64,000 nt of DNA. Source: an uncultured Alphaproteobacteria bacterium (GTDB lineage: Bacteria > Pseudomonadota > Alphaproteobacteria > HIMB59 > GCA-002718135). Location: NCBI GenBank assembly GCA_902521325.1, contig CABYRE010000002.1:40588-104587 (forward strand), written 5' to 3'. Of the stretch, positions 18,074-30,300 are shown piece after piece. Every line of letters begins with the position of its first letter. Position 1 is the stretch's first letter. The translations under genes and the position numbers were made by a program. Below the pieces are notes generated by a model, which did not search any database, was not told the DNA's origin, and saw nothing but the letters and a program-made list of their open reading frames with translations.

Positions 18074-18478
18074 GTGGAAGCAGATAGTTTAATAGGTAAA
18101 TTAAATATGATTAGTCACCCTGAGGGTGGACATTATGCTGAAAACTTCAAAAATGATAATGTAAGTCAAATTTATTATTTACTAAAAAAAAATGAAAAAT
18201 CTCATTGGCATCGACTAACTAAAAATGAAATATTGCATTTCTATTCAGGAGATCCTCTAGAAGTTTTTACTTCTAGCGATGGAGTTGATTATGAAGTTTT
18301 TTCTCTAGGATTAGATGATAATTATATTTACACGGTAAAGGCAAACACATGGTTTGCTATGCGATCTGCTGGATCTTACAGCTTAATTGGATGCACTGTC
18401 GCACCTGCTTTTGATTTTAATGATTTTGAGCTTGCCCCTGCGACGTGGCGACCTGAAAAATTCAAAATTGAGTTATAA
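18074..18478 (+). CDS. Cupin-fold protein (DUF985-like).
   Basis: 134 aa with a GTG start immediately after the ribA stop. Contains ...HPEGGHYAE...SHWHRL..NEILHFY.GDPL... Confidence 0.6.
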   Translation: MEADSLIGKLNMISHPEGGHYAENFKNDNVSQIYYLLKKNEKSHWHRLTKNEILHFYSGDPLEVFTSSDGVDYEVFSLGLDDNYIYTVKANTWFAMRSAGSYSLIGCTVAPAFDFNDFELAPATWRPEKFKIEL

Positions 18479-18538
18479 TTTTCACTTTTCTTTAATTTAA
18501 ATTCTTTATATATTAAGAATATATAACGGAGGTTCTAA

Positions 18539-20674
<2,136 letters not shown>

Positions 20675-20693
20675 AATTAGTTTTAATTAGTTT

Positions 20694-20720
20694 AAAAGTG
20701 GAACTTTAAGTTCCACTTTT
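20694..20720. terminator. Bidirectional intrinsic terminator between the convergent katG and the SnoaL-like gene.
   Basis: AAAAGTGGAACT-TTA-AGTTCCACTTTT, a 12-bp stem flanked by an A-run on one side and a T-run on the other. Confidence 0.75.
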
Positions 20721-20721
20721 T

Positions 20722-21042
20722 TTATTTTGGCATATTCGTTGCACCTGTTTCTAAAGAAACAATTTTACCATTTTCAATTTTAAAAACAGACATTACTGCC
20801 TGAGTGTTGCCGTCATTAAACGTAACAAAAGCATGAAGAACGGCTATTTCGTCATTCTCATATACAATTCTATCTTTATCAGAATTAATATCGTCTGACA
20901 TAGCCCAACTAACTACATCAGATTTTGATAGAACATTTCCAGATGCATGCATTGTGAATTTAAAATCATCATGCAAGATATCGTTCATTTCATCTTCATT
21001 TTTATCATTCATGGCTTTTTGGTATCTTTCCATTAAACTCAT
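20722..21042 (-). CDS. Small NTF2/SnoaL-like fold protein, function unknown.
   Basis: 106 aa. The N-terminus ...YQKAMNDKNEDEMNDILHDDF... and the C-terminus ...ENGKIVSLE... are typical of SnoaL-like proteins. The assignment is weak. Confidence 0.4.
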   Translation of the reverse strand: MSLMERYQKAMNDKNEDEMNDILHDDFKFTMHASGNVLSKSDVVSWAMSDDINSDKDRIVYENDEIAVLHAFVTFNDGNTQAVMSVFKIENGKIVSLETGATNMPK

Positions 21043-21060
21043 ATCTTTTTCCTTTCTTAA

Positions 21061-21354
21061 CTAACCTGAAAAATTCGTGACTGCTTCAGAAGTCATCGGC
21101 GTCATTACTGTAGTTTCCACCATAGCACCAGCTTCAATTCTTCTTTGTGTTAATTCTTCATCATTTTTAAAACCCATCATACCCTCGGGTGTAGCAAAAT
21201 CTAAAATAACAGTTAACTTGTTATCATTATCTTTTTCTGTTGCTGCAAATATACAAGTCATTCCATGTTCTTTAAGTTTATGACCATTTGCAAGAAGCAT
21301 TTCTTTCCATGGTCCAAAACCATTTTTTAAATCTTGTGTTAATTTAACCAACAT
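21061..21354 (-). CDS. Hypothetical 97-aa protein.
   Basis: Clean ORF with its own upstream spacer. I recognise no motif. Confidence 0.4.
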   Translation of the reverse strand: MLVKLTQDLKNGFGPWKEMLLANGHKLKEHGMTCIFAATEKDNDNKLTVILDFATPEGMMGFKNDEELTQRRIEAGAMVETTVMTPMTSEAVTNFSG

Positions 21355-21420
21355 ATTAACTCCTTTTTTATTAACTATATAGGTTTCAAAAAACTAAAAA
21401 TTATTAAAATGAAATAATAA

Positions 21421-22392
21421 TTATCTTTCTTTAATATAGGGTTGGCCAATTGCGTTAGGCGCAATAGCTTTACCAACAAAACCCGCAAGTAATACAACAG
21501 TCAGTATATATGGAAGTGCTTGTATTAATTGAACTGGAATTTCTCCAATTGCAGGTAACTCTACTCCTTGAAGTCTTATTTGTAGAGCGTCAGTAAAACC
21601 AAAAAGTAAACAAGCAATTAAGGCTGTTTTGGGATGCCATTTTCCAAAAATCATTGCAGCTAAGGCCAAGTAACCTCTACCAGCTGACATTTCTCTGAAA
21701 AAATTTGCGTTTACTGCAGTTGATAAATGAGCTCCGGCGAAAGCTATTAGAACTCCGTTTACTGCAAGCGCTTTATATCTCATGGTGAATACATTAATAC
21801 CCGCGGTGTCTACTGCGCTTGGGTTTTCACCTACTGCTCTTAATCGAAGTCCAAAACTAGTTTTGAATACTATCCAAAAAACTATAGGAACTGAAAGATA
21901 TGCTAGATAAACAAAAACATAATGTCCGCTTAGTATGTCACTATATATAATTCCGATAATTGGAACTTCTCTTAATACATCAGCAAAAGGAAGATTGATT
22001 TCTAGAAAACGTTGATCTTCATTTAATGTTGGCGTTAGACCTGCTTGTCCAAACCATGCTGCTGCTAATGCAGTAGTTAAGCCAATTATTAAAATATTAA
22101 TAGCTACACATGATACTACTTGATCACCTTTATGTGTTACTGATGCAAATCCATGTAACATCGATAAACAAACACATACTATAATGGCTAATAATAATCC
22201 AAGCCAAGGATTACCTAAATAGTAAGAACCTACAGCTGCAACAAAAGCTGCCATAAGCATTTTGCCTTCTAAACTAAAATCAATTACACCTGAACGTTCA
22301 GCAAAAATACCGGCCATAGCAGCAAAAACTAAAGGGGTAGATATTCTTAATGTAGAATTTATTAAAGAAGCAATGTCAGAAAGAAATTCCAT
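21421..22392 (-). CDS. ABC transporter permease (BMP/nucleoside-type, YufQ/NupQ-like).
   Basis: 323 aa polytopic membrane protein. Shares a 1-nt overlap with the upstream permease. Last gene of the SBP-ATPase-permease-permease operon. Confidence 0.8.
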   Translation of the reverse strand: MEFLSDIASLINSTLRISTPLVFAAMAGIFAERSGVIDFSLEGKMLMAAFVAAVGSYYLGNPWLGLLLAIIVCVCLSMLHGFASVTHKGDQVVSCVAINILIIGLTTALAAAWFGQAGLTPTLNEDQRFLEINLPFADVLREVPIIGIIYSDILSGHYVFVYLAYLSVPIVFWIVFKTSFGLRLRAVGENPSAVDTAGINVFTMRYKALAVNGVLIAFAGAHLSTAVNANFFREMSAGRGYLALAAMIFGKWHPKTALIACLLFGFTDALQIRLQGVELPAIGEIPVQLIQALPYILTVVLLAGFVGKAIAPNAIGQPYIKER

Positions 22393-23513
22393 TATACGCT
22401 TACCTCTTTGCTAAGTCTTCTTACAAAAAAACTTTCTATCTGCGGTCTGAATAAGTTTTCTAACGCTCCGCTAAACAAAATTATCAAACCTTGAACAGCA
22501 ACAAACATGTATCTAGTAATATTAGGCATCTCAAATGTTACCTCTGAACCACCTTGGTACAAAATTCCAAATAAAAATGCAGCAGGTAAAATTCCAATAG
22601 GATGATTTCTACCCATCAAAGCTACGGCGATTCCTGTAAAACCATATCCAGCTGGAAAGCCGGCTTGTATTTTATGACTTACTCCAAGAATTTCATTAAC
22701 ACCAAGTAGGCCGGCTAGACCTCCTGAAATGCACATAGCTATAATTATATTTTTGTGAGGAGATATACCTGCATAGATCGCTGCCTGAGTATTGTGACCA
22801 ACAGCTCGCATCTCATAACCCCATTTTGTTTTCCATACTAAAAACCAAACAAAAAATAAAGAAGCAATAGCTAGTAAAAAAGTAAGATTAAGAGGAGAGT
22901 ACCTTATTTTTATGCCAAGGATACCAGAAAATGCTTCAAAACTGGGAAGCCAGATTGCTTCAGGTAGTTTAACAGTATGTGGGGCCATCTGATTGGTATC
23001 TCTAATTACATCTACTAGTAAAAAAATCATTAATGAAGAGGCTATAAAATTAAACATGATTGTTGTGATTACAACATGACTCCCTCTTTTTGATTGAAGA
23101 TAAGCTGGTATATAAGCCCAAGCCGCTCCAAATAAGAAAGCTCCACAAATTGATAAAAGCCAGACAATTGGAATTGGAAGAAAACTTAAATTTATAGCTA
23201 CTAAAAAAACACCTAAGCCCCCTATATATGCCTGACCTTCTCCCCCAATGTTGAAAAGTCTACAATGAAAAGCTACAGCAAATGCAAGTCCAGTGAAAAT
23301 AAAATTTGTAGTATAATAAAGTGTATATGCAAAACCTTGGATATAACCGAACGAACCAAAAATAATTAACTTAACTGCTTCAATTGGATTTTCACCTGCT
23401 ATAAAAATAAACAGACCTGATACTAGTAATGCTAATGTTAAGTTTACTAAAGGTACGATAACGTTAGACACCCACCATGGTACCTTGGATTTATCAACTA
23501 CTATGTTACTCAT
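22392..23513 (-). CDS. ABC transporter permease (YufP/NupP-like).
   Basis: 373 aa polytopic membrane protein, translationally coupled on both sides. Confidence 0.8.
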   Translation of the reverse strand: MSNIVVDKSKVPWWVSNVIVPLVNLTLALLVSGLFIFIAGENPIEAVKLIIFGSFGYIQGFAYTLYYTTNFIFTGLAFAVAFHCRLFNIGGEGQAYIGGLGVFLVAINLSFLPIPIVWLLSICGAFLFGAAWAYIPAYLQSKRGSHVVITTIMFNFIASSLMIFLLVDVIRDTNQMAPHTVKLPEAIWLPSFEAFSGILGIKIRYSPLNLTFLLAIASLFFVWFLVWKTKWGYEMRAVGHNTQAAIYAGISPHKNIIIAMCISGGLAGLLGVNEILGVSHKIQAGFPAGYGFTGIAVALMGRNHPIGILPAAFLFGILYQGGSEVTFEMPNITRYMFVAVQGLIILFSGALENLFRPQIESFFVRRLSKEVSV

Positions 23514-25033
23514 TACGCAACACCAGCCATAAGTAATCCTAGTTCACGGTCAGTGACATTCTCATTTTCTTTTTCTCCAACAATTTTACCATCAAACATA
23601 ACAATAATTCTATCAGATAAGGACAGTATTTCATCTAGCTCAACAGACGCTAATAATATTGCTGCTCCTTTATCTCGCATATGAATAAGCCTTTGGTGAA
23701 TAAATTCAATTGCACCAATGTCTACACCTCTCGTTGGTTGACCTACTAAAAGAACTTTTGGATTTTCATTAAGTTCTCTACTTAAAATAATTTTCTGTTG
23801 ATTGCCTCCAGAAAAATTTGATGTTATTAAGTTTGGGGAGTTTGGCCTAACATCATATTCTTGCATTATCTTACTTGAATATTCTGTAATTTCTTTACTA
23901 TTTAAAAGTGCAGATTTTGAAAAAGGTTCTTGATCATGATATCCAAAAATTAAATTTTCGTAAGCTTTAAAGTCACTTATTAAGCCCATTCTTTGTCTGT
24001 CCTCCGGGACATGCGCCAGACCTTTCTCTTTAAGCATTCTTGGGTTTAGAAAATTATCTTGGTCAGATATTTTTTCACCAAATAATTCAATGTTTCCTGA
24101 TTTCACTTTTCTAATTCCTGAAAGCGCTTCTAATAATTCAGTTTGTCCATTTCCAGTCACACCTGCAATACCTAAAATTTCACCAGAACGGATTTCTAAA
24201 TTAACATTTTTAACGCGTATAACATCTAAATCATCTTTAACTGAAAGATTGTTAACTTTAAAAATAACTTCTCCTTTTTTTGTTTCTTTCTTGTCAACTC
24301 TAAGTAAGACACTTCTACCAACCATCATTTCGGCTAGTTTTTCTTTGTCTGTATCTTTTGTTTTTGTATGCCCAACCATTTCACCTTGACGCATAACTGA
24401 AACTTCACTGGTTAAATCCATGATTTCAATTAATTTATGTGTAATTAAAACAATTGTTTTTCCTTCATCTCTTAATGATCTAAGTATTTTAAATAATTCA
24501 TCTACTTCTTGGGGTGTAAGCACGCCAGTAGGTTCATCTAATATTAGAATTTCTGCACCCCTGTATAACGATTTTAATATTTCTACTCTTTGTCGAAACC
24601 CAACTGATAGATCTGCTATTGTTGCATCAAGATCAATGTTGAAATTATAATTTTCACAAAGTTTTTCTAAATCTTCCTTGGCCTTAGCAAGTTTTTCTCC
24701 AAAAACTGTTTCGCCTTCAAAACCAAGTATAATATTTTCTAGTACAGTGAAGTTTTCAACCAGCATAAAATGTTGATGAACCATTCCAATACCATTTATT
24801 ATAGAATCCCTAGGCGATCTAAGGTTTATATCTTTACCATTGATTTTGATTGAGCCAGAATTAGCTTGATAGAGACCAAAAACAATGCTCATTAGGGTAG
24901 ATTTACCAGCACCATTTTCTCCAATTATACCATGGATTGTTCCTTTATTAATTTTAAGATTAATATTTTTGTTGGCCTGAACATGGCCGAAAGATTTATT
25001 TATATTTGTAAGCTCTAGGATAGGCGAGACCAT
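23513..25033 (-). CDS. ABC transporter ATP-binding protein with tandem ATPase domains.
   Basis: Walker A GENGAGKST and GVTGNGQTE. Signature motifs LSVGFRQRV and FSGGNQQK. Confidence 0.9.
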   Translation of the reverse strand: MVSPILELTNINKSFGHVQANKNINLKINKGTIHGIIGENGAGKSTLMSIVFGLYQANSGSIKINGKDINLRSPRDSIINGIGMVHQHFMLVENFTVLENIILGFEGETVFGEKLAKAKEDLEKLCENYNFNIDLDATIADLSVGFRQRVEILKSLYRGAEILILDEPTGVLTPQEVDELFKILRSLRDEGKTIVLITHKLIEIMDLTSEVSVMRQGEMVGHTKTKDTDKEKLAEMMVGRSVLLRVDKKETKKGEVIFKVNNLSVKDDLDVIRVKNVNLEIRSGEILGIAGVTGNGQTELLEALSGIRKVKSGNIELFGEKISDQDNFLNPRMLKEKGLAHVPEDRQRMGLISDFKAYENLIFGYHDQEPFSKSALLNSKEITEYSSKIMQEYDVRPNSPNLITSNFSGGNQQKIILSRELNENPKVLLVGQPTRGVDIGAIEFIHQRLIHMRDKGAAILLASVELDEILSLSDRIIVMFDGKIVGEKENENVTDRELGLLMAGVA

Positions 25034-25078
25034 AAATTATTTATTAATATTTGGTCTCGCCAATTGTTTATGTTTTAA

Positions 25079-26056
25079 TTATTCTTGTGACCAGTCAGCA
25101 ACGACTAATGCACCGCTTGCGATATCTGCAGCAGCTGCATCAGCAGCAGCAGCCATTTCAGCAGTTACCATTCCGTCTTCTGTTGCATAACCAAGCATTC
25201 CTTCTGAAAGCCCAAGAATATTAATTCCTGACTCAAAAGAACCTTTACCTACATTTTGTGCTTGTTCAAAGATCGTTAAATCTAATCTCTTCAGCATTGA
25301 AGTAAGCATTGTTCCTGGATGCATCCAGTTTTGGTTTGAGTCAACACCTATTCCCATAATGCCAGCATCAGCAGCAGCCTGTAAAACACCAATTCCAGTT
25401 CCACCTGCAGCTTGATAAACAACATCAGCACCACCATCTATTTGGGCTTTGGTTAATTCTGCACCCTTTGTTGGGTTGTTCCATGCCTCGTTTGTTGTGC
25501 CAGTCATATTAGCAATAACTTCTATATCTGGATTTACATATTGTGCACCTTGCTCATAACCACCTTGGAATTTTCTAATTAGAGGAATATCCATTCCGCC
25601 AACGAAACCAATGGTTCCACTTTTTGATGCCATAGCAGCCATCATTCCTACTAAGAAAGATCCTTCGTGCTCTTTGTAGCAAGCCTGATAAATATTATTG
25701 TTTGGATCATCTAACCAACATACATCAACTGCAACAAATTTTATGTCTGGATAATCTGCAGCTACTGCACCAATTGCATCAGCTTGCGCAAATCCCATTC
25801 CAACTATCATTGTTGCTCCTCTATCAGCAATCTTACGCATACCTTGTTCGATTTGATTGTCGTTTGCAGATTCAAACTCAATCATACCCCAACCAAGTTC
25901 GTCAACAACTCTTTCAGCTGTATTGAATGCTAACTCGTTAAATGATTTGTCAAATTTTCCACCAGAGTCGTAAACAACTCCTATTGTGTTTGCGAACGCA
26001 CTTGATGAGAAGAGAAGTGCGAAAGAAACTGAAAAAATACTTAAAATTTTCTTCAT
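25079..26056 (-). CDS. BMP-family (PnrA/Med-like) periplasmic substrate-binding protein, probably for nucleosides.
   Basis: Has a signal peptide. Contains IGVVYDSGGKFDKSFNE and ...GFVGGMDIPLIRKF..G.... Confidence 0.8.
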   Translation of the reverse strand: MKKILSIFSVSFALLFSSSAFANTIGVVYDSGGKFDKSFNELAFNTAERVVDELGWGMIEFESANDNQIEQGMRKIADRGATMIVGMGFAQADAIGAVAADYPDIKFVAVDVCWLDDPNNNIYQACYKEHEGSFLVGMMAAMASKSGTIGFVGGMDIPLIRKFQGGYEQGAQYVNPDIEVIANMTGTTNEAWNNPTKGAELTKAQIDGGADVVYQAAGGTGIGVLQAAADAGIMGIGVDSNQNWMHPGTMLTSMLKRLDLTIFEQAQNVGKGSFESGINILGLSEGMLGYATEDGMVTAEMAAAADAAAADIASGALVVADWSQE

Positions 26057-26173
26057 ACTAAATTTCCCCCTTAAATATGAATTATAGATATCTCATTGAT
26101 AACATTTTATTGTAAAAAAAATGCATTAAAAAATGAGATTATGGATAAATAATAGGATTTTTTATGGATAACT

Positions 26174-26794
26174 TCAAGTGCCCATGTACCTATCCCCTGC
26201 GTCACCTAATCCCGGTACAATGAACTTATTTTTATTCAATTTAGCATCAATGTTGCAAGAAAATATATGGATACCTTTTTGCTTTTTTTGGATATTTTTA
26301 ATACCCTCAGGAGCAGCAAGTAAGGACACCAAAAATATATCTTTAATATTAACACCTTTATTTTTAATTAAATTGATTGCTGCAATTGACGAATTACCTG
26401 TTGCTAACATTGGATCTAAGATCAACACTTTTTTATTTTTAACTCTAGGCAGTTTAAAGAGGTATTCTACAGGTTCATAAGTTTGTTCGTCGCGGTATAA
26501 ACCTATGTGACCTTTTTCAGCTTCGGGTAAAAATTTTGCAAACCCCTCAAGTAACCCTAAACCGGCACGTAAAATTGGGACTAAAATTATGGGTTGACCC
26601 AAGGCTGTACCACTCATTTTTTTTAGAGGTGTTTCAATTGTTTGTTTTTTAAATGGAACGTATTGAAGAACATCAGAAGCAATGAGGTAGCTTATTTCAT
26701 TCATAGTTTGTCTAAAAACAGTATTTGATGTTTTTTTATTTCGTAAAATTGTTAATTTGTATTGAACGAATGGTGATTTAATTACTGTAATCAT
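26174..26794 (-). CDS. upp: Uracil phosphoribosyltransferase.
   Basis: Contains LVPILRAGLG, LDPMLATGNS and PGLGDAGDR. Confidence 0.9.
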   Translation of the reverse strand: MITVIKSPFVQYKLTILRNKKTSNTVFRQTMNEISYLIASDVLQYVPFKKQTIETPLKKMSGTALGQPIILVPILRAGLGLLEGFAKFLPEAEKGHIGLYRDEQTYEPVEYLFKLPRVKNKKVLILDPMLATGNSSIAAINLIKNKGVNIKDIFLVSLLAAPEGIKNIQKKQKGIHIFSCNIDAKLNKNKFIVPGLGDAGDRYMGT

Positions 26795-26829
26795 ATGCGA
26801 TTACATATATAGAAATCCCACTAAGAGCA

Positions 26830-27315
26830 ATGCGGTTATCAATTTATTTTTTAACATTAGTGTTTTTATCTAGCTGTACGACTATTGAAGTTGGAAGAGA
26901 AGTCGTTAAAGTTGGGGCGGTAGTAAAAGATAAAGTTGAAGAAACTATTATAAAAAAAGAACCAGAAATTATTGAAGATAAAACTATTGTTGAAGAACAA
27001 CAAATTATCACTGAAGAAAAAGAAGAGGAAAAAACTATAGTTAAGGAGCAACAAAAAATCGCAGAAATAAATTTCATGGGAAAACAACTTGATGAGATTA
27101 AACAAAAACTGGGACAGCCTAATTTAGCACGATCTGATGGTTCAGTTCATATGATGCGATATGATAGTAGTTCATGTAGATTGTTTATTTTCTTTAATAT
27201 AAACTCAAATATTAAAAGGGTAGAATATTTTGAATTTCGAGATTCTTTAGGAGAGCTTATAAAAACAAAGAACTTGATAGAAGAGTGTTACAAAGAATAT
27301 AACTTTGCTAGCTGA
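26830..27315 (+). CDS. Hypothetical lipoprotein with a Glu/Lys-rich repeat region.
   Basis: Lipobox LSSC at residues 13-16. Internal repeat KTIVEEQQ / KTIVKEQQ. Convergent 8-nt overlap with pyc. Confidence 0.55.
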   Translation: MRLSIYFLTLVFLSSCTTIEVGREVVKVGAVVKDKVEETIIKKEPEIIEDKTIVEEQQIITEEKEEEKTIVKEQQKIAEINFMGKQLDEIKQKLGQPNLARSDGSVHMMRYDSSSCRLFIFFNINSNIKRVEYFEFRDSLGELIKTKNLIEECYKEYNFAS

Positions 27316-30300
27316 TCTCGACAAGCAAGTCTTTTGTTTCGACATTATCACCAGATGCAACATTAATTGATTTGATGGTTCCACTTTTATCAGCATTAAT
27401 AGTGGTTTCCATCTTCATGGCTTCGATGACTAGTAACTTATCACCTTTAATTACTTTACTACCTGTTTGAACAAATATTTTAGCAACTTGGCCCGGCAAA
27501 GGAGATCCGACATGATCTACATTATTATCATCCGCTTTTGCTCTTTGCGTAATATTTTTTGAAAATTCTTTATTTTCTATATCTATTGTTCTTGGTTGTC
27601 CGTTTATTTCAAAAAACACGGAGCACTTTCCATTACTATTAACTTCACTTTTCGCTAAGTATCTTAAGATAAGGTTTTTTCCTTTATCAATTTCTATCGT
27701 GTATTCTTTATCTTGTTGAGGACCATAGAAAAACAATTCAGTTGATAGAATTGATGTATCACTAAACTCCTTAAAATGATCAACATAATCTTTAAAAACT
27801 TTTGGATACATTAAGTAAGACGCTAGATGTGTTTGATTAACTTTCATCCCAATTTCATCTTCTAAATCTTTTGCTTCTTTATCTAAATCAACTGATTTTA
27901 AAACTTCTCCAGGTCTTTTTGTTAGAGGTTTTGTGTCGCCAAGAACTTTCTTTTGTAGTTCTTTTGGAAAGCCTCCTTGAGGTATACCAATCTCCCCTTT
28001 AAAGAACTCAATAACAGAAGCAGGAAAAGAAATTTCTTTTTTTGGGTCTAACACGTCTTCTTTGGATAAATCATTAGCGATCATATAGAGCGCCATATCA
28101 CCTACAATTTTAGAAGAAGGTGTAACTTTAACAATATCACCAAAAAGTTGGTTTACCTCTGCATATTTATTAGCAACCATTCCCCACTTATCGGTTGTAA
28201 TTCCTAAAGATCTAGCTTGTTCTTTTAAATTTGTAAACTGACCACCAGGCATTTGGTGAAGATACACGTCAGAACTTCCACCTTTGAAATCAGTTTCAAA
28301 TGCATGATAATTTTGACGAACTTGTTCCCAATACAAAGATAGTGTTCTTATAGCCTCTTCATCAAGTTTTGGGTCTTGATGATTTTGTTTCATTATAGAT
28401 ACGATTGAACCAAGTGCAGGTTGTGATGTTAATCCACTCATCGAGTCAATCGCTAGATCAACGATATCTACCTTTTCTTCTATAGCCGCAAGAACTGAAG
28501 CTGATGAAGTACCGGATGTATCGTGAGTATGGAAATGAATTGGAAGATCTGTTGTTTGTTTAATTTCGTTAACTAATTTTTTTATAGCATTAGGTTTTGC
28601 TAATCCTGCCATATCTTTAATGGCGATAACATGTGCTCCTGCTTTTTCTAAATCTCTAACAAGATCAATATAATATTTTAATGTATATTTTTTCTCATTC
28701 GGATCAGTTACATCATTTGTATAACAGATAGTTCCTTCACAAATTTTATTTTGATTACGTACTTCTTCAATTGCAACACGCATATTATCAATTAGATTTA
28801 ACGAATCAAAAACTCGGAATACATCAATTCCAGCTTCTGCTGATTGTTGAATGAAATGTTTAACAACGTTATCGGGATAATTTTTGTATCCAACAGCATT
28901 AGATCCCCTAAAGAGCATTTGTTTAAGAAGGTTAGGAGCCCTTTTATTTAATCTCGCTAATCTATCCCAAGGATCCTCTTTTAAAAAACGCATCGATGTA
29001 TCGAAAGTTGCACCACCCCAACATTCTAAAGAGAACAAGTTGCTAAGATTTTCACTATAATATTCAGCAATATTAATAAGATCATCTGTTCTCATTCTTG
29101 TAGCAAGAAGCGATTGGTGTGCATCACGCATCGTTGTGTCAGTAATTAGGGTGTAAGGTGCTTCTTTTATTTTTTTTGCAAATTTTTCTGGACCTAAAGT
29201 TTGTAAATCCTTTACATAATTATTTTTTTCACTTTTAGTGTTTGAAATAGGAATTTGAACTTCTACAGTCGAATTATTACTAACTCTTCCAGATACATCA
29301 TTGTGTCCATTTACGATTATATTTCCAAGATAAGATACAATTTTTGATGCTCGATCTTTTTGCGGATTATAAGCATAAAGCTCTTTTTTAGTATCCACAA
29401 AATTGGTATTGTAATTTCCTTCAAGGAAATCTTTATTGTTTATAAGAGACTCAAGAAATACTAAATTTGTTTTAACACCTCTAATTCTAAATTCTCGTAA
29501 AGCCCTATCCATTCTTTTAATACAGTCGTCTTGATGCTTTGCCCAAGTTGTTACTTTTACAAGTAAAGAATCATAATACGGTGTGATGATCGAACCTGAA
29601 GAAGCATTTGCTGCATCTAGCCTCACTCCAAAACCAGCGGCTGACCGGTAAGTCATTATCTTCCCATAATCAGGCATAAAATTATTAAGCGGATCTTCGG
29701 TAGTAACTCTACATTGAATAGCAAATCCATTTAGATGAATGTCTTCTTGTTTAGGAAGAGCTGGGTGACTTCCAATTTTTTGACCTTCTGCAATTTTAAT
29801 TTGAGCTTTTACAATATCAATACCAGTCACTTCTTCTGTTACTGTATGTTCAACTTGAATTCTTGGGTTAACTTCAATGAAATAGAATTCGCCAGATTTT
29901 TTATCAAACAAAAATTCAACAGTTCCTGCACCGAAGTATTTAACTTGTTTTGCAATTTTAATAGCAGCGTTACAAATTTCTTCTCGAGTTTTATTTTCAA
30001 GAAAATGTGCAGGCGCTCTTTCAATAATCTTTTGATGCCTTCTTTGAAGAGAACAATCTCTTTCAAAGAGATGTATGATATTTCCGTGTTTGTCACCTAA
30101 AATTTGAACTTCAATGTGAGCAGCATCTTCTAAAAATTTTTCTATGAATACTTCATCTTTTCCAAAAGCTTTAAGTGACTCACTTTGAGCAGTTGTAATT
30201 TGATCTATTAATTCATTGCTTGATCTAACAACACGCATTCCTCGACCGCCACCACCCCAACTAGCTTTAACAATTACTGGGTAACCAATTTTCTCAACTT

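Noticed and set aside
26139-26171. TTATCCATA repeats interpreted as DnaA boxes, and hence a second origin candidate.
   Set aside because: They sit in a 117-bp co-directional intergenic leader inside a transporter/salvage cluster. There is no AT-rich unwinding region and no ori-type synteny, so an operator or leader role is more plausible.
26830-27315. Glu/Lys-rich internal repeat of the lipoprotein as a possible DNA-level tandem repeat or contingency locus.
   Set aside because: There are only two imperfect copies of about 24 nt, in frame, with no homopolymer or microsatellite character. This is ordinary low-complexity linker sequence.
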